Assembly (NCBI GenBank): GCA_973895155.1 | Contig: OZ316894.1 | Location: 16,786,216-16,850,215, forward strand | Source of the DNA: Marsupella aquatica | Lineage: Eukaryota; Plantae; Marchantiophyta | Direction of reading: 5' to 3' | DNA length: 64,000 nt | Shown: one piece after another, positions 13,501 through 28,300 of the stretch | Layout: each line of letters begins with the position of its first letter | Numbering within the stretch: position 1 is the stretch's first letter | Made by a program: the position numbers and the translations under genes | The notes under the pieces: model-generated | Told to the model about the DNA's origin: nothing | Database searches by the model: none | Seen by the model: only the letters and a program-made list of their open reading frames with translations

Positions 13501-16156
13501 AGCAGCCACAACAAGCGCTGCCTCATCTGGAGATTCAGCTCGGTAATCCATTGACTGAGGGTCATCAACTTTGCCCTCTGGGATAGCTGTATGGCAAAGA
13601 GCAAGAATCTGGAAAAACAATCTAATCATGTCCGCATTTTCTTCCTTTGTCCAGTTACCCCCTAGAAGTCGAGAGTCAGAAAAATTAAATCCTTTAACTT
13701 CGTAAGGATTAACTCCGGCATCATCCCCGTTCTCTCCTCCGGGACCACCGTCCGACTGTGCACCGTTTCCAAGAGAAAGCCCAAGACGCCGGGCAGCCCT
13801 TTCTACCTCTGTTGTACCCTTCCCATATGGAACTCCTGCTATAGAGCATCGGAAAAAGTCCATTTGGTTGCATGTCAGAGTTCCAGTCTTATCAGATAAG
13901 ATGGTGTCCACTTGCCCCAGCTCCTCGTTCAACCCTGTTGACTTGACCTTTGCCGGTGTGTCAGTACTGGCTTCGTACATTCCCAAATCCTGCATCATGT
14001 AAATTCCTTGGATAACCCGCACAATTTCAAGAGAAACATAAAGTGCGATGGGAATAAGGTAGCCATACAGGATCAGCCCACTCACAGCTGATACAATACC
14101 AGCAACTGCAGCTTTGTTGGGATTGTAATAAGGATCGCTGACATAGGGCACAAGATACCATAGGTCTGGTCCTTCGTGTCTGGTCTTATAACCAAGCACT
14201 GCTCCAGTTGCAACACTCATTACGAGAAGAAGTCCAAACATTGCGTAAATGACTCCGTCCAATGACCTGTCAATGCGGCTCCGTTTGGATGGAGGGGTTG
14301 TGGAATTCTGCATGACCTTCGTATCATGCCCCGTGTACATCACTGCTCCCCATATGCTTCCAGTGTTTTGGAGGCTCGAGTCCCGCAGAAGAAGTTGCGC
14401 AGGACCAAGAGAAAATGATTGCCCATCTTGCATATCTATTTGCCCAGTGAAAGTGTAGAGTGATGCATTGGGTACTTCACATGTCACATCTGCTCGGAAA
14501 CCTTTTAAAGAGGTTTCATTTAAATCCCATGTACACTCCAGAGCTTGTCGAACCTGCCTATCATTACGATACAACAGTTAGAAAGACCCCAACGCGTCTA
14601 TACTAGAAAAACCGTTTTTAAAATCATACAACTCCAACAAGAGTCGTGGAAGAGATAACACAGAACAAAACGCTGGGCAAACTAAGGAAACAGGCCAGTC
14701 ACATAGTAACACGAGGATCGCATCTCGATAATCAAGTACACTGCGAAATAATAATTCTCTACGAGTCGTGTTACAAAATGTTGAATCACCTTCAAGTTTG
14801 TCTCCCCGTCAAGATTCTTAGTCTCCACATAGCAGACACCGTCAGGTCCACTAGAAGCGAGCAGAAGCAAATCTGCAGGAAAGTACTCTCCATCTGACAC
14901 TCGCACTAAATCACCAACATGTAAATCTTTCCACTGTAATGTCTCCAGCCTTTCCCCGTCCAGGAGGACTTGCACAGGAGTGGAGTTGACTTGCGCATCT
15001 CCTCGACCGCGACGGAGGTCTTCCCAAAGTTCACGACCAAGACCGAGAGCAAGGACAAAGCCGAGCGGAAGCACTACACTCACCCACGAGTACGGGCTAA
15101 ATGGCAATATCGACAATATTGCCATGGCTGTAAAGTACCAGTAGGCGGCCCTTCGATACTGTACAAATAGAGACAACGGCAAGAAACTGTACCAAGTGTA
15201 CTTCGTGGTGGAAGTCCTGTTTTTCTTGTACCTGCACGAAACGAACAGGGGAGCACATCTTAGGGAGAACAAATCTGTGTTAAACAGCGACAGTGTCTCG
15301 TGAATCAGCTCCTCGGTCACAGGATTGACGCCAGAGTCGTGCCTACCCAAGAAGACTTGTTGGTTCACGATGCCTTGTGGACAAAGAGAATCTTCCTACC
15401 GACATCCCGCAGCTTTCTAGTGTGGGACTCAACTCACTCTAGAAGGGGGAGAAGGAAAAGGAAAATCTGTTGGCTAGTGAAAGTTGGGATTCCAACATCC
15501 CACAGACGTAAAGTAGCGCAGGCCAACAGAGAGAGCCAGCAAAGCAGTCATCTCCGAGTTCAGCTGGTTGTGATAAACTTCGTAAGAAACTGATCTAATC
15601 GGTGAGCAGTCGGACCCCCGGTTTCACGATTTGTAGACACCGACATAACACTGTGCAACCCTTCAGGATGTGGGCTAGACGGAAGGAATCGACGAGACTC
15701 AGAGGATGCTACTGCAACTGAAGTAAGATGCCATGTGAATCAGAAGGGACATTAGCTCTGCAAATGGCCAGCTTAGATGAGTTCTCCGTAAGCTGTCGAT
15801 AGACTGAAATTCGGCAAGAAAAATAGATCGCAGAAGTCGTGATTGGATCAGCGCTTTGCCCGTCACAGGAGTTGGACCATAATGTACTCTCGTCCAGGAC
15901 AAGATACGTAGGGTTCAGACTCCGAAGAGTAGACAGATGTGGGGGCGAAAAGTTGTTAAATTGTAGATATTGACTACGACTCATCCTAAAACAGGATTGT
16001 GGAAGGAGATAATCACCGGTATAATTCATTGAGCGTGCGGTCATTGATGTGGATGGTGCGGGTTTCGCTGGAGCCGCCATCAGAAACATTCCCAGATGTG
16101 CGTGCACGCCATCCACCACGCCATAGCTTTGTCGCTCGGCGCCTTAAGTTGTCCAT
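10515..16156 (-). CDS. ALA: P4-type ATPase (aminophospholipid flippase, ALA family), 7 coding exons
   Basis: Exons 16156-16017 ([17 protein letters not shown], not in the ORF track), 15231-14790 ([15 protein letters not shown]), 14553-12923 ([53 protein letters not shown]), 12745-12634, 12381-11755 ([18 protein letters not shown]), 11514-11416 ([15 protein letters not shown]), 11243-10515 (TM5-10). Splice phases are compatible. Confidence 0.96.
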
Positions 16157-18349
16157 CGTGACTCTCGATCCAGATACTGCTCTAGTTCTCACTATCAGGG
16201 GCGTGACATATTATCTTAGTAGCATCACTACCATCCAAGGTCCCCCCTTCAAGGAAGTGTGAATATTGGTCGATAACAAGGAAGAAGAGCTTTTTCCTTC
16301 CAATGCCAGTAGAAGCTCAACAGAAAGCTTGAAACGTTTTAATCATCGTCTCAACAACCAGCACCAGAGAAAGTCAATAAACGTCAGAGCCTTCATCAGA
16401 GCGATCCTGGTTACGAAACATTCCAGCGAGCAGCGTCACACCGACCGGTACGTCGATTGCCCGTGGTCAAAACAGTTGGCTCAAAGCCAGCTGCGACAAT
16501 GCTCCTATGTCGTTCAGAAGGCAGACGGATGCGGCTTGAAAACAACCACACGGTTGCATCAGACCACAACATCAGCGAATCAGTCGTGGGCATCGCAACA
16601 GAGAAGTGCCAAAACTGTGACAGGACGTTCCCATCAAACTCCAACACGGCGTTGCGTTGTCCATAGGACGACCTCAGCCAGCGGGAGCCCAAAGGACCGA
16701 CGGCAAGGTATGGCGTCGTGGAAGTGGGAGTAGGTTAGACCAGGACCAACAAGAGCCTGGGGGGAACCATGATGATGATGCCAGGACGCATACGGTGTCA
16801 TGTATTGGTCCTCCGACAGGGGCTCGCATGCCTTGAATCTTTCATTCCCACGAAAGAGACCCAACCCATGCAAGAACATTACTAATTTCAATCAAAACCA
16901 ACGCATACTAACCCCCAATTCCACCCCAAGCAAGGGACAAATCTACCCTCACGAGCTCCACCGAAAAGCCCCAAAATTATCTTTCGTTTCTGTGTCTGTC
17001 TCTGCACTCCAATAATCACATTGTGTTGTGCGGTCCTGTGTAGCAGCTGCAGCTTCAGGGTAGCTTCCTTCTGGGAGGGAAGACATCTCTTCGGTCCTGC
17101 CCTCCCCACGCCCCAGCCTCCCCCACATGCAGCTCATTGCCCGCCTAGAGTTTGCGGAAACTCTACAGTAGTCCTCTTGCCTCCTAATCATAAAGCCTGG
17201 GCTCATCAGCCTCCGTGACTTTAGACGAGCTCAAAGTCTCTGTCTTACAGCAAGACTTTAGGACAGGTAGAAACGTGCTTACGTCCTGCAGCTTGCTGCT
17301 GATGAACACATTTTGGTCATTTTGGCCAAGCCGACTGCGTCACAGAAAGTTCGAGAAGAGACTGGCTCAGCGTGTCCTACAGTACAGTGCAGCAGTGGTA
17401 GAGTCCTAATAATGTAGCTAGCTTGCGAATCTACCTCCCGCTCTCCCGCATCTTCAGCAGCACTACAGCTGGACTGCTTCACTGCTTTCTTTGATTCGGT
17501 CGTCCTTTCGACGTGAGCTTCCCCCTCATGCAGCTTGTCCCTTTCCAAGTAAAGCGCACCAAGTCAGCGAGCGAACAAAACCGCAATTCGCTCGCGACTC
17601 AACAACATGGGGGCTTGCAACGAGTTCCGAGCTCCTTCACCAGGTACAGTACAGTAGTAGTTTGAATGTGATGTATTGTTCTTCGTCAAAGCCATCTTCC
17701 ATGGCCAGACTTCCTTGTCAAACTGCAATTTCTGACCACAGTTCCGTTTCGATTACTTAAAAAAATGCTTCCGTTCACAATCTGAACGCTGCACCATAAC
17801 AGAATCCGGAACAGCCTCTCATGTGAGGAGGTCAATCAGCTGCCGGCTACTGTACCAGCACAGGGAAACAGGGAAACACACCCTCGGTGCAGAGAACCGC
17901 TGACTCAAAACCCAACCATTCGAATTGCTCTGTACCTTCACGCGATTCGAAATGGAACGCTTCGTTCCCTCGAATCAAAATTGCATCGGAATTATATTCT
18001 GCGTTGATCGATCGATTTATCTTCGAAATTAATGATTGTTTGCTAATACCCCCCGGCTGGGGTAGGTCCACTCTCTCGGGAGGTGGATTCTAGGAAAGTC
18101 TGTCCGAAAGTCTTGGAAAGCTGAGATCGACGTTCGGCGACATCGATCGTTCATTCCTTGAATCCCTGCCGTCGATTTCCTCCGCAGGGATTTGTCGTGC
18201 CCGACCGCGTCTAGGTGACTGTGCCCACAGGCGGCCGTGAATTCCACGTGGCATTCGTACGGTGGTACGGTACGGCGCGCACGGAAGAATGTTAAATTAC
18301 ATTTAAGTGAAATGCAGTTAACTCTCTCTAAATACAAACTCTCGAGAAG

Positions 18350-18625
18350 AGTGCTGTGCACTAAACGAGTTTTTGCTTCCTTGGTAGGTGCAAACCCCCT
18401 AAAGTTTGAAATTCAGTTAACTCTATAAGTGCACATTCTTGGGAAGACGGATACAGTGTGCACTAAAGCATTTTTTGCATTCCTTGATAGGTGGAAACCC
18501 CCTAAAATTTGTAGTCAAGCTAACTCTCTAAGTGCACACTTTTGGGAAAATGGATCCAAGATGTGCACTAAATAAGCTTTTGCATTCTTTGATAAGTGTA
18601 TGCCCTCTAGCATTTGCAATAATCC
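18350..18625. repeat. ~107-bp tandem repeat, about 2.5 copies
   Basis: gtgcactaaa...ttttgc.ttcc/tttg.ta.gt...aaccccctaaa.tttg...taactct..taagtgcaca.t.ttgggaa recurs at ~18356, ~18458 and ~18563. Confidence 0.75.
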
Positions 18626-19784
18626 TTACGTAGGCCCTTTGTCAATGAGCAGTCTGGACTGGGTACACAAATTGTATATCATTACCCCAAATTAGGTGCT
18701 CAACTCCATAAGTACATTTTTTATTCTACTAAGCAAAGGTGTGCAATTATCAGGTACTTTAGTTTGATGAGATTGTGTGCTTACTAATAAGTGCACACCC
18801 TTTCTTAGTGGAGTCCAAAATGCACTCATCAAGAATTTTGCTCTCATAAACTTATTGCATAGTAAAATGATTCCAGACCTGTTTGCTCTTAGAAAAGATG
18901 CCAAAAGTGCAAACTCTGTGTAAAATATGGGAAGAACAGGATACCTTGCACTAAAAGAGTGTGCTCTTAAATAAGTTGTTGCTTAGTGTCCAGGGTGGCT
19001 AATCTCCCCATGTGTGAAGAAGAAGATGCTATGAATATTCATTATTTCCTTGATTGATTTTTTATGATGAAATCTTTCTGGATTTCAGGATAACCATTAG
19101 ATTCCTGCTAAGGAGGTCTGTGACTAGGCAAGAAATTGGTAACCATTAGATTCTGGCCAAGGGGGTCTCTGATTGGTTGATGGAATACTTAAAAGCCTAT
19201 TTGACATCTGGATTTCAAATAGTGTGCAAACTCATAAAGAGTGAGGTTGGGCATTGAAAATATGCTAGGGCAATGTCAGCCCACCTCATGAGTAGGAAAA
19301 AGTCTCACCATAATCCAATGACTAAGGAAGTTTTTTTGCCAAAATGTCATTTGGTAAAGAGAACATGAAAAAATGGATTAAAATTACCTTCTAGCTACCT
19401 GGCCTCAAGATATGTGATTTGTTTCTCTGTGTTAGTGACATAGATGAAGGTTGCAATTTCTTGGAGACATAGTTTTAATGGAAGACTCACAAGGAGGATT
19501 TTACTCAATAACCTTGGGCTGTTTGGGCTGTTTGGACTTTAACTCCCTCGGGCTCACGACTCCCTTGGGCTCACAGCCCCCAGGCTCGCCCCCAGGTTAC
19601 TGTACATTTTAGTGGTCTGGTTACCTCATACCTCTAACATTGTCAAACTGTAGAAGTGTAATCTTTGCTCAACATAACAATTTAACACCGTTGTGGTGTT
19701 GCTTTCAGCCGTCATTGTCTTTTGCTACACCACTATGATTATGTACCAATTGATGTCAGAGCCATTGCAAACAGAGATCTGTAC

Positions 19785-20035
19785 TGTCTTATTTCCTATT
19801 GTCCCCCTCACCATCCAATACATCAAGTAATTCTCCCCTTACCTGATTCTCGGCTTGACTTCCCATGTCACAACCATAGTCTAAACATCAAAATATGTTG
19901 TCACCGTTGCAAATAGAGACCTTTACCATCTTATTTCTAATTGTCCCCCTCACAATCTAGTACATCAAGTTATTCTCCCCTTACTTTACTTCCCATGTCA
20001 CAACCATATTCTAAACATCAAAATTTGCTGTCAAT
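19785..20035. repeat. Diverged tandem duplication (~140 bp)
   Basis: tcttatttc..attgtccccctcac.atc.a.tacatcaagt.attctccccttac...acttcccatgtcacaaccata.tctaaacatcaaaat occurs twice. Confidence 0.75.
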
Positions 20036-22368
20036 CATGATTGGTAAACTTGGATTGCAAATTGGATTATGAATATAGATGGAATGTCCCCTTAACAATC
20101 AAATAAATCACTGGATATTTGAGTCAATTTAAATGTTTTGAGCAAGTCCATCCAAGCTCTGCCAGTCCATCTGGACTTCATAGACAAAGTGCAGGTCCAT
20201 AATTATGGGCTTTAGTTTCAATAAATCAATGGATTGAGATTTATATCATAAATATATATAGAATATAGATAAATAAACATAGGTAGATTGTCCCCCTAAA
20301 AACCATTGGATTGGGAATTATAAATATATATGGAATATAGATAGATATAGGAATCTGAAGCCCGGATGGACCAAGACATTGTCCCTGCCCATCCCCATGG
20401 ACTGCATAAAGTGATCCGTGGTTTTACACCAAAAAGATAAGCGAACCAGTCGCATATTGCAGTTGGCTGACGACTTTGACTACACAGTGGAGAAAGTAGA
20501 CATGACGCCAAGTCATATTTTTTGAAATTGGACTCTGTTCAATGTAATCTTGTCTGAATGGCTGAGCAATGTTGTTTGGAGAAGAATTATGGAGCTTCTC
20601 CATTTTGAAGCTCCAATGTAAGCCCAACCTAAAGCCAGCAAAATGGATCAATGAGATAAAAGGTGCAATCAAAAACATTTGTGCCACTCCATCGCTCCCA
20701 TATCACAGATCAAGCCCTCTTGCTTATGAAAAGTGTCGAGTTCTCATGAGTACATGGAACAATTTCAATATGTATGTATTGGCTTGATGACTTACTTGAC
20801 AAGGTTGTCAAAGTTGTCCACTGTTTACAACATAAACCTTACCTTTGAACTTGGCAGATGGGTCTAATTATTTGAGAGACTTTTGGACCTTTGTTTAAGA
20901 TTTTTCCAACATGGTCTTTGATGTTCAATCTATAATTTGAAACTTTTTGAGATCATCAACTCCATTTCAGATGGTCAAATATTCTAAATCATTATGTCAC
21001 TTCACACTTGGAACTTTTCATATGGGTAAATTGTTAACAGGTCACATTTCAATCAAACGCATACACAATGTTCTGAGCAAGTCCATCCAACTTTTGCCAG
21101 TCCATCTGGGTTTCATATAGACAATTTGGAGGTCCATCGGGCTCCAATTCTAGATATAGAGAGAATGTCCCCTAACACAACTAAGTCATTGAATTCACTG
21201 TGCAATTCTTTACACATATTCCCGGTGACATTGTGAATAATAATGCATTGCAAATAAACCCTAAGTAAAGTGCTCCATTAATTCATGACAAATAAATAAA
21301 TAAAATACTTGTGAGCATTTTGACAAACCTAGAGGTATATCGGGGCTTAAATTTGGCTCCCCCATGCAATCAACCACATTCAGAAATAGACATCTACCAC
21401 GACAACGCAAAATTTGGAAAGACTACACTCCGTTGTGATCCCGCATCAACCAACATAATTTTTAAGGTTTTTTGTTTTTAGCCAGTGTGGCGAAAGTAAG
21501 CCCTTCCTAAGGGAGGAGATGCTAGGATTATTCTTTATCTCTTTTCCATGATTATTTTTTGACCGTCAGTTATCCCTAGATTTACAGATGACCATTAGAT
21601 TCTGGCAAATGGGGTCCATGATTTGTGTGAAAGTGTCAAATGACACACATAGAATCTAGCTCGTTTCCGCCAAAAGTGGCCCAGCACTTTTTGGGAGGTG
21701 GAATTTGCCTAAACTTCGCACCTAAAAAATAAAGTGGTACCAACTACAAACCCGGTGAGAGGTACAGTACTCTACTGAACCTATACAAACAATCAGGCAC
21801 TCGATTTCGTATCCTTGTCGTCTCGTTCTTTGTACTTGTTTACTTTGTGTTCGGGATTGCAAATTGCAAGCAGAGGAGACGATCCTCAGGGCTCGAACGT
21901 TTCGTACGTTCGAGCGGAGAAACAAAAATTAACGACAAGTAATGTGGCGATCATTATTAGTGTTCCAAATATGTCGGAGGGGGAGCGAGTTCTGCAGGAG
22001 GATTGGAAGGCTTGAATAGACGACGGTGGACCATTGGAACGTGATCGTTGCCGACATTAATTAAAGGGTTGGTGTGACTGGTTTTCGCTGAAGAAGGGCT
22101 TCACTACCGTAGTCGGAATTGCGTAGTCGGTGGATTTCGAAACGATTTGAAAGAGGTACAGGACTTGTCGTGCGCGTTCTGAGTCTGTCAGTGGAGCTGT
22201 GCAGGGTACCACTCAGTTCTGACTATGGCGATATTTTTTTCGGAATTAAGAGAAACCGTCCCAGCTGGTTTACGACGTCCTTCTCCTAAGTTTTTTGACA
22301 ACTGTTAGAAGAGGACAGGAGACAGTCATTGGATACAACTTGCTGTTGTATGTATCGTGAAAAGAGAG

Positions 22369-25300
22369 ATGGCTTGTGTGTATATTCCGGTGCAAAATTC
22401 ATCGGAAGAAGTACGGGTGCAATTGGATCAGCTGCCGCGAGATGCTACTGATATTCTGGACATTCTCAAGGCTGAGCAAGCTCCCCTCAATTTGTGGCTC
22501 ACATTCGCGGTACGTATTTCTTTCTCTCAGCTGATGCCTTCTTCGGCGGCAACTCTTGCCCTAAATGCCAGTTTTATAGCGTGAAGCGAGTGATCAGGCT
22601 GCGAGTGTAAGAGAACGCTTTCTGCAATCTCGAATATCAATATGTCTGTGCGCAACGTCTCCTGGTCTCTGTCAAATTATTTGCTTATTGACAATGTGCA
22701 GAGAGAGTACTTCAAACAGGGGAAGATTAACGAATTTCTTCAAATCTTAGTAGAAGGATCTAGTCCAGGTATCGGATTCTGAAATCCTGTCTCTTTTCTT
22801 GTCTACTGTAGCTCATTTGCTGCACCATCGACGAATCATCAGAATGTATTGACTCATGGCTACGATTCATTTGAACACTTACATTTATACCACTGACATA
22901 TTTGGCTACAGAAATTGATGAATATTACAGTGATGTCAAGTATGATCGCATTGCCATCCTAAACGCGTTGGGGGCATATTACACAAATTTGGGGAAAGTG
23001 GAGCAAAAGCAGCGAGAGAAGGATGAGCATTTTATAAGTGCCACACAATACTATAACCGTGCGTCAAGAATTGATCAAGATGAGCCTACTACATGGGTTG
23101 GAAAAGGTATCCAAGAAACTCCCTTTCATTTCGTACAGAAACTGCTCCAGAACCGCTACAACTTAGCATGTTACATTGAGGGTATATCATTGGACTACTG
23201 TCTGGTCGCAAAATGCTGCTCTTGAGGCATCTCACAAAATGTAACAGCAGCTCAAATCGAAACTTTGAAACTCTTGGATGTACAGGTCAGTTGCTACTGG
23301 CTAAAGGAGATCTTGAGCAGTCATTTGAAGTTTTTAAGATTGTCTTGGAGGGACAACCTGACAACGTTCCAGCAATACTTGGACAGGTCTGAAGCGTAAT
23401 ACTCTTTTTCTTCATTCGTTTTGAAAGGAACCGCTGAAAGTTCGCTTTAGCAGCATTCAATGATCGTTAACAACGAATAATTTTTCCTTCATGTTCTTCT
23501 ACAGGCCTGTGTTCAATTCAATCGTGACCGCTACCAAGAGGCTCTGAGCCTTTACAAGGTAATTTGCTGCACCTGTGTATTTGCAATCACGGCAAAAAAA
23601 TGACATAGTCAGTTTTGGATGTTGTTCTACTCAAAGATCTAGAGATTTTCGTGCATACTTACACTTGAAAAGGAACTGACATGTTATTTGCCAGAAATAA
23701 TTCTTTTCAGTTTCAGTTAGCACGCAGGATTCTTATCTGTAGAGGTTATGCATCAACGTCTGAGACAGATTGGACTAGAGTGTGCCAGCTTTGATTTGAA
23801 AGCTGCTAAGGAGAGTGGTCCACTCGCTGTTGTGCGTATCTCTCAACTAGGCTATCACTGTGGTCGATGATAATTGTTTAATGACGCTTTGGTTGGTAAT
23901 GATGCACAGAAAGCATTGCAGGTTCATCCGAGGTGTCCAGCATCAGTGAGGCTCGGTTTAGGTCTATGTCGTTATCGCCTAGGGCAGGTTAAGAAGGCCA
24001 GGCAAGCATTTGAACGTGTCTTGCAGGCATGTATTGACATTTATGCTTTTCATTCAACACTATTTGCTGTCTTCAGTGCATCCGTACCGCTGTCTGTACC
24101 CTGTGAATGAACCTGAGATGCTTCAGATTTTTCTAGAGGCCTCATACTGGTTTAAAAAGTTGTAGAACTTTTGCTCTTCTGACGCGCATCCTCAAAATGG
24201 GTTGTATTAGTTAATTGGACTAGCTAGCAGTTTTGTTTGTGTGTTGACCAAGGGCCTGTCATCTCATGTTATTGTCTGGCTTTGCATCTTGCAGCTGGAC
24301 CCCGGGAATGTGGAAGCCCAGGTGGCTTTAGGGGTCATGAATATCAATACCAATGAGCGTATGCATTTGGCACCTTTATCTTTGTTTCGTAAGCTAGTCT
24401 ACAGAAGTAGCTTTGCTCCAAACAATATTTATCAAGCAACTGCTCTGCGTCAGCAAGAACATTTACAGGGGCTCTGTTGCGATGTTGTAGTGATCCACTG
24501 AAAGTCTTCTATTGCTATAAGGACCTCGCTAAAACTATTGTGTTTGGTTTCCTGACACATGTTTGTGTACTGGGCTGCAGCAGAGGGAGTTCGTGAAGGC
24601 CTGGAGAACATGAGGGCAGCTTATGAAATCTATCCTTACTGTGCAATGGCCCTAAATCACCTGGCCAACCATTTTTTTTTCACAGGACAGCACTACATTG
24701 TGGACCAACTGATGGAGGCTGCTCTTGTAGCAACAGACCATCCACAAATCAAAGCGCAATCTTATTACAATCTTGCACGATCATATCATACAAAGGTGGG
24801 TCCAAAGTTTTCCATGAGCTTGGTGCCGGTCAGACAGGCGTAGTTTCGAATGAAGAAAACACTGGAAAGCTATTATTTGACAAGTCCACCCTACATGGAA
24901 TGTATATCTCAAATGAATAGCCCTGAATCTGGATGCAGGGCGACTACAACAACGCAGCAGCTTACTATAGAGCATCAGTCAAAGATCTAAAGGATGCGCG
25001 CGAATTTGTTCTTCCCTACTACGGTGAGGAATGGACACTGCATGTTCTGTGATCTTTACAGATTGACTGTTAAGAGGGGGAAATATCTACCAATCAAATA
25101 GCAATATCAACTTTAAAGGTTCCTCGATCTCATTTACTGGAAGAAATAACAGCGGGAAAAAGGAAATAGACCGTGATGTTTCCCTTTTGGCACGCTAAAT
25201 TCCAACGTTACACCGAGGTTCTTAAAAATTGACCAGCATTTTTAAGATGTGCACTGCCGTGTCTCAGGTTTGGGGCAAGTTCATTTCAAACTGGGAGAAC

Positions 25301-28300
25301 TTAAGACAGCTTTAGCAAATTTTGAGAAAGTGTTGGAGGTACATCCTGATAATTGTGAAACAATCAAGGTAGGTCTCTGGGCTACGAGCATCTTTCTTGT
25401 TACCGAGCGGGAAGCTCATGGGTTTGAAAGGTTCAGAATTACATTTTGGCAGTATCTGCGGATTCTCGTTTGATAAAATGCCAATCTCGAAAAGACCGAT
25501 GTGTTCTTGTTTTGCTCCCAGGCAATGGGACAGATATATCTCCAGCAGGGCCATATGGACAAAGCTTTGGACAATTTCAAGAAGGCAACGAAGCTGAATC
25601 CTCGGGATGTTGATGTGAGTTCCTCGCCAATATGGAATCATTCACCCGGCTAGTAGCATTCAAAATAAGTAGCAGACTTTCTGGCATTCTTGTCAAAGTA
25701 TGTTATGAGCTGTTTGTTAGCATTATGCTGTTCTGATTTACTTCTTGATTATCTGATTGACACAGGCTTGGGTGGAACTGGGTGAACTACTCGTCTCTTC
25801 CGATTTTGGAGCAGCTCTGGATTCTTTCAAAACTGTGAGAAACTATTCTTGAAATGATTTGACAAGATTAGCGTGCAGTGACCTTTTGGTTGGGATAGAT
25901 TTTGGAGTCCTCACTGTGGATCCTGCAAAAGGCTTCAGACTGGAAAGAGCCATTTTTCTGGGAAAGTTGTGCCAGTGCAGAGGCAGTTGCTTACTGGTAA
26001 TTGGACTCTGCAGTTAGTCTGAAGTGCGAGCTGAGGTTTTCTGTGGTGGGAGTTACTGTCTTGAGTTTAGTAAAGAGAATTAGATTAAAAAATATTCCCT
26101 TTCCAAATAGACTCGGTCGACAATAATTTGATTTTATGACGAAGGGTCTAGCTGTATCGCCTGAGCCCCTCTCTTTTCGAATATAATAGTCGGATTCGTT
26201 TCCTCGTAAAGGACGCTCATATCTACTCAAAGTTACTGAATTTGGACTGTCGATGTTGGCAGGGACTTGGTCTTATTAGAAAAAATGAGGATCCCATACC
26301 TATTGGACTCCTAAACAATATCGGCGTTCTTCACTTCGAGCGCAATGAGCTTGAGGTATGCACCGCTCGCAGCTTAAGCAGATACCTCCAACGGGAGGCC
26401 GATGTTCTTTGTGAAGAGAAGAGAACTCTCATGTGTTGTTCTCTTGACTGGCCTGAGCTTGGTGCCCACGAAAAATATATACGAATACTTAGACGATGGG
26501 GGAGTAGCTTCTCTGTTAACATATGGTTGTTCATGTGCTGTATCTTCTGAAGGCCGCAATGGAAGCTTATCGTGAGGCGTTGGGGGAGGGTATTTGGGTT
26601 GAGTTTAGTGAAGGGAGAATACCTTCAACTGAGGGCGATGCTGGACTACCAGTAGATCTTAGTGATGAAAATAAAAAGCTTAAAGAATTGGAAGAGGACG
26701 GAGTGCTATTGGATGTACCTGCAGAGAAAGTGACGGTTCTTTTCAATCTGGCAAGACTTCATGAGCAACTCCATGAAACACACAAGGCGACTATACTCTA
26801 TCAACTGCTTTTGTATAAGGTGCGTGCCGCGAAGGGAAGTATGTCTTCTGTCCTCGGGTCTTCATCAGGATGCATGCAGCAAACCACGTAACCAAGGATT
26901 GCATATGCACTGCTGCTTTACGGATTATTGGGTCAGAAATTCTCTTTCCAAGTAAAGCGAAGTCTTGGAGGAACCCAGTTCTCCTTTGATATACTGGTCC
27001 AGATTGGAAGATGACTGGGGTTTTTCAATTCGGAATTTAAAACATTTCTTATTGCAGAAAGCTGTTGAAGTAAGAACTGCTGTTTTGGAGTTAACATTTT
27101 GTCTATCTCCTGGAAATCAGCATCCTCAGTATATAGATGCATTTATGCGACTGGCAGCTATGGCTCAGGCGAGGAATAGTACAGCCGCAAGCCTGAAGCT
27201 GGTGGGTGCCATTGTGTAAAGCAATTTGCTTTGAGTTACTCTTGATAGTTCAGGCTAATGGTTGGAGCCTGTGAAAAATAGAAAGCTTTGGTTCATGTTT
27301 CAACTTTTTCTATCGTGGGTGTAAACATTTCACCTTCTTCAGGTCTTCAATAAGGTCTTTTCCGTTCGACAGAACAAGAAGTAGGATTTCAGGTTATGGA
27401 ATAAGAACTAGAATTTATAATTCTAAAGTATTTTGCTCTTTTTGGCAGGTTTCTAAAGTGCTGAAAGTAATAGGAAATTGTGCGGATGCTTTATCAGTAA
27501 GAGGTAGCATGGAACTCAAAGCTGATGATTGGCTGAAAGCAAAGGAAACCTACAAAAGCATACAAGTTGCTGACGGGAAAGACAGTTACTCAACTTTGGC
27601 CCTGGTAAAATTCTTGGAAGCAATAAGGAAATATTGTTCTTACTGTCTTGCAAACAATCGCTGCACAATCTACGACATGATGGATGTTGCATGGTAGCAC
27701 TGCTTATGAATGTTTTTTGTCGAAAGTGATCGACTCATTCGAAGTCCTGTTTGATGGTGACGACTAAGTCAGTGGGAAACGAAAATAAAGTTTTGCGTAA
27801 GATGGGACGGCAGGAAGTTTTGTGTGCACAACAAACCGATTTGTTGATGTGGAAATTAAATCCCTAAGATTACATGATGTGAACGGATTTCAACTTTGAA
27901 GCGGCCACTGACCTGCCTTTTCCTCCAACAGGGCAATTGGAATTATTATGCTGCTGTACGGGGAGAGAGAAAGGATCCCAAACTGGAAGCTACTCATTTG
28001 GAAAAAGCTAAAGAACTCTATCAGAAGGTTCTTAAAGACTTAATTTCTTTGGCAATGTTTCCCTTCAATATGATTTTTCGATTTTTCATTTATAAGCACT
28101 TCTCTGAGGCTGCTTACTATTCTGATTAGAGTGTCCTAGATTAGCCAAGGTCCTCGTGTGGACTGAGTTTGTTTAGCTCTATTTAATATAAAATGTGATG
28201 TGCTTGAGATGACAGGTTTTAGTGCAGAAGCCAAACAATATGTTCGCCGCGAATGGGATAGGCATTGTTCTAGCTGAGAAAGGCATTTTTGATGTCTCGA

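Noticed and set aside
16266-18361. Cluster of short ORFs upstream of the flippase start
   Set aside because: No domain similarity; more likely the long 5' leader or promoter of the ALA gene.
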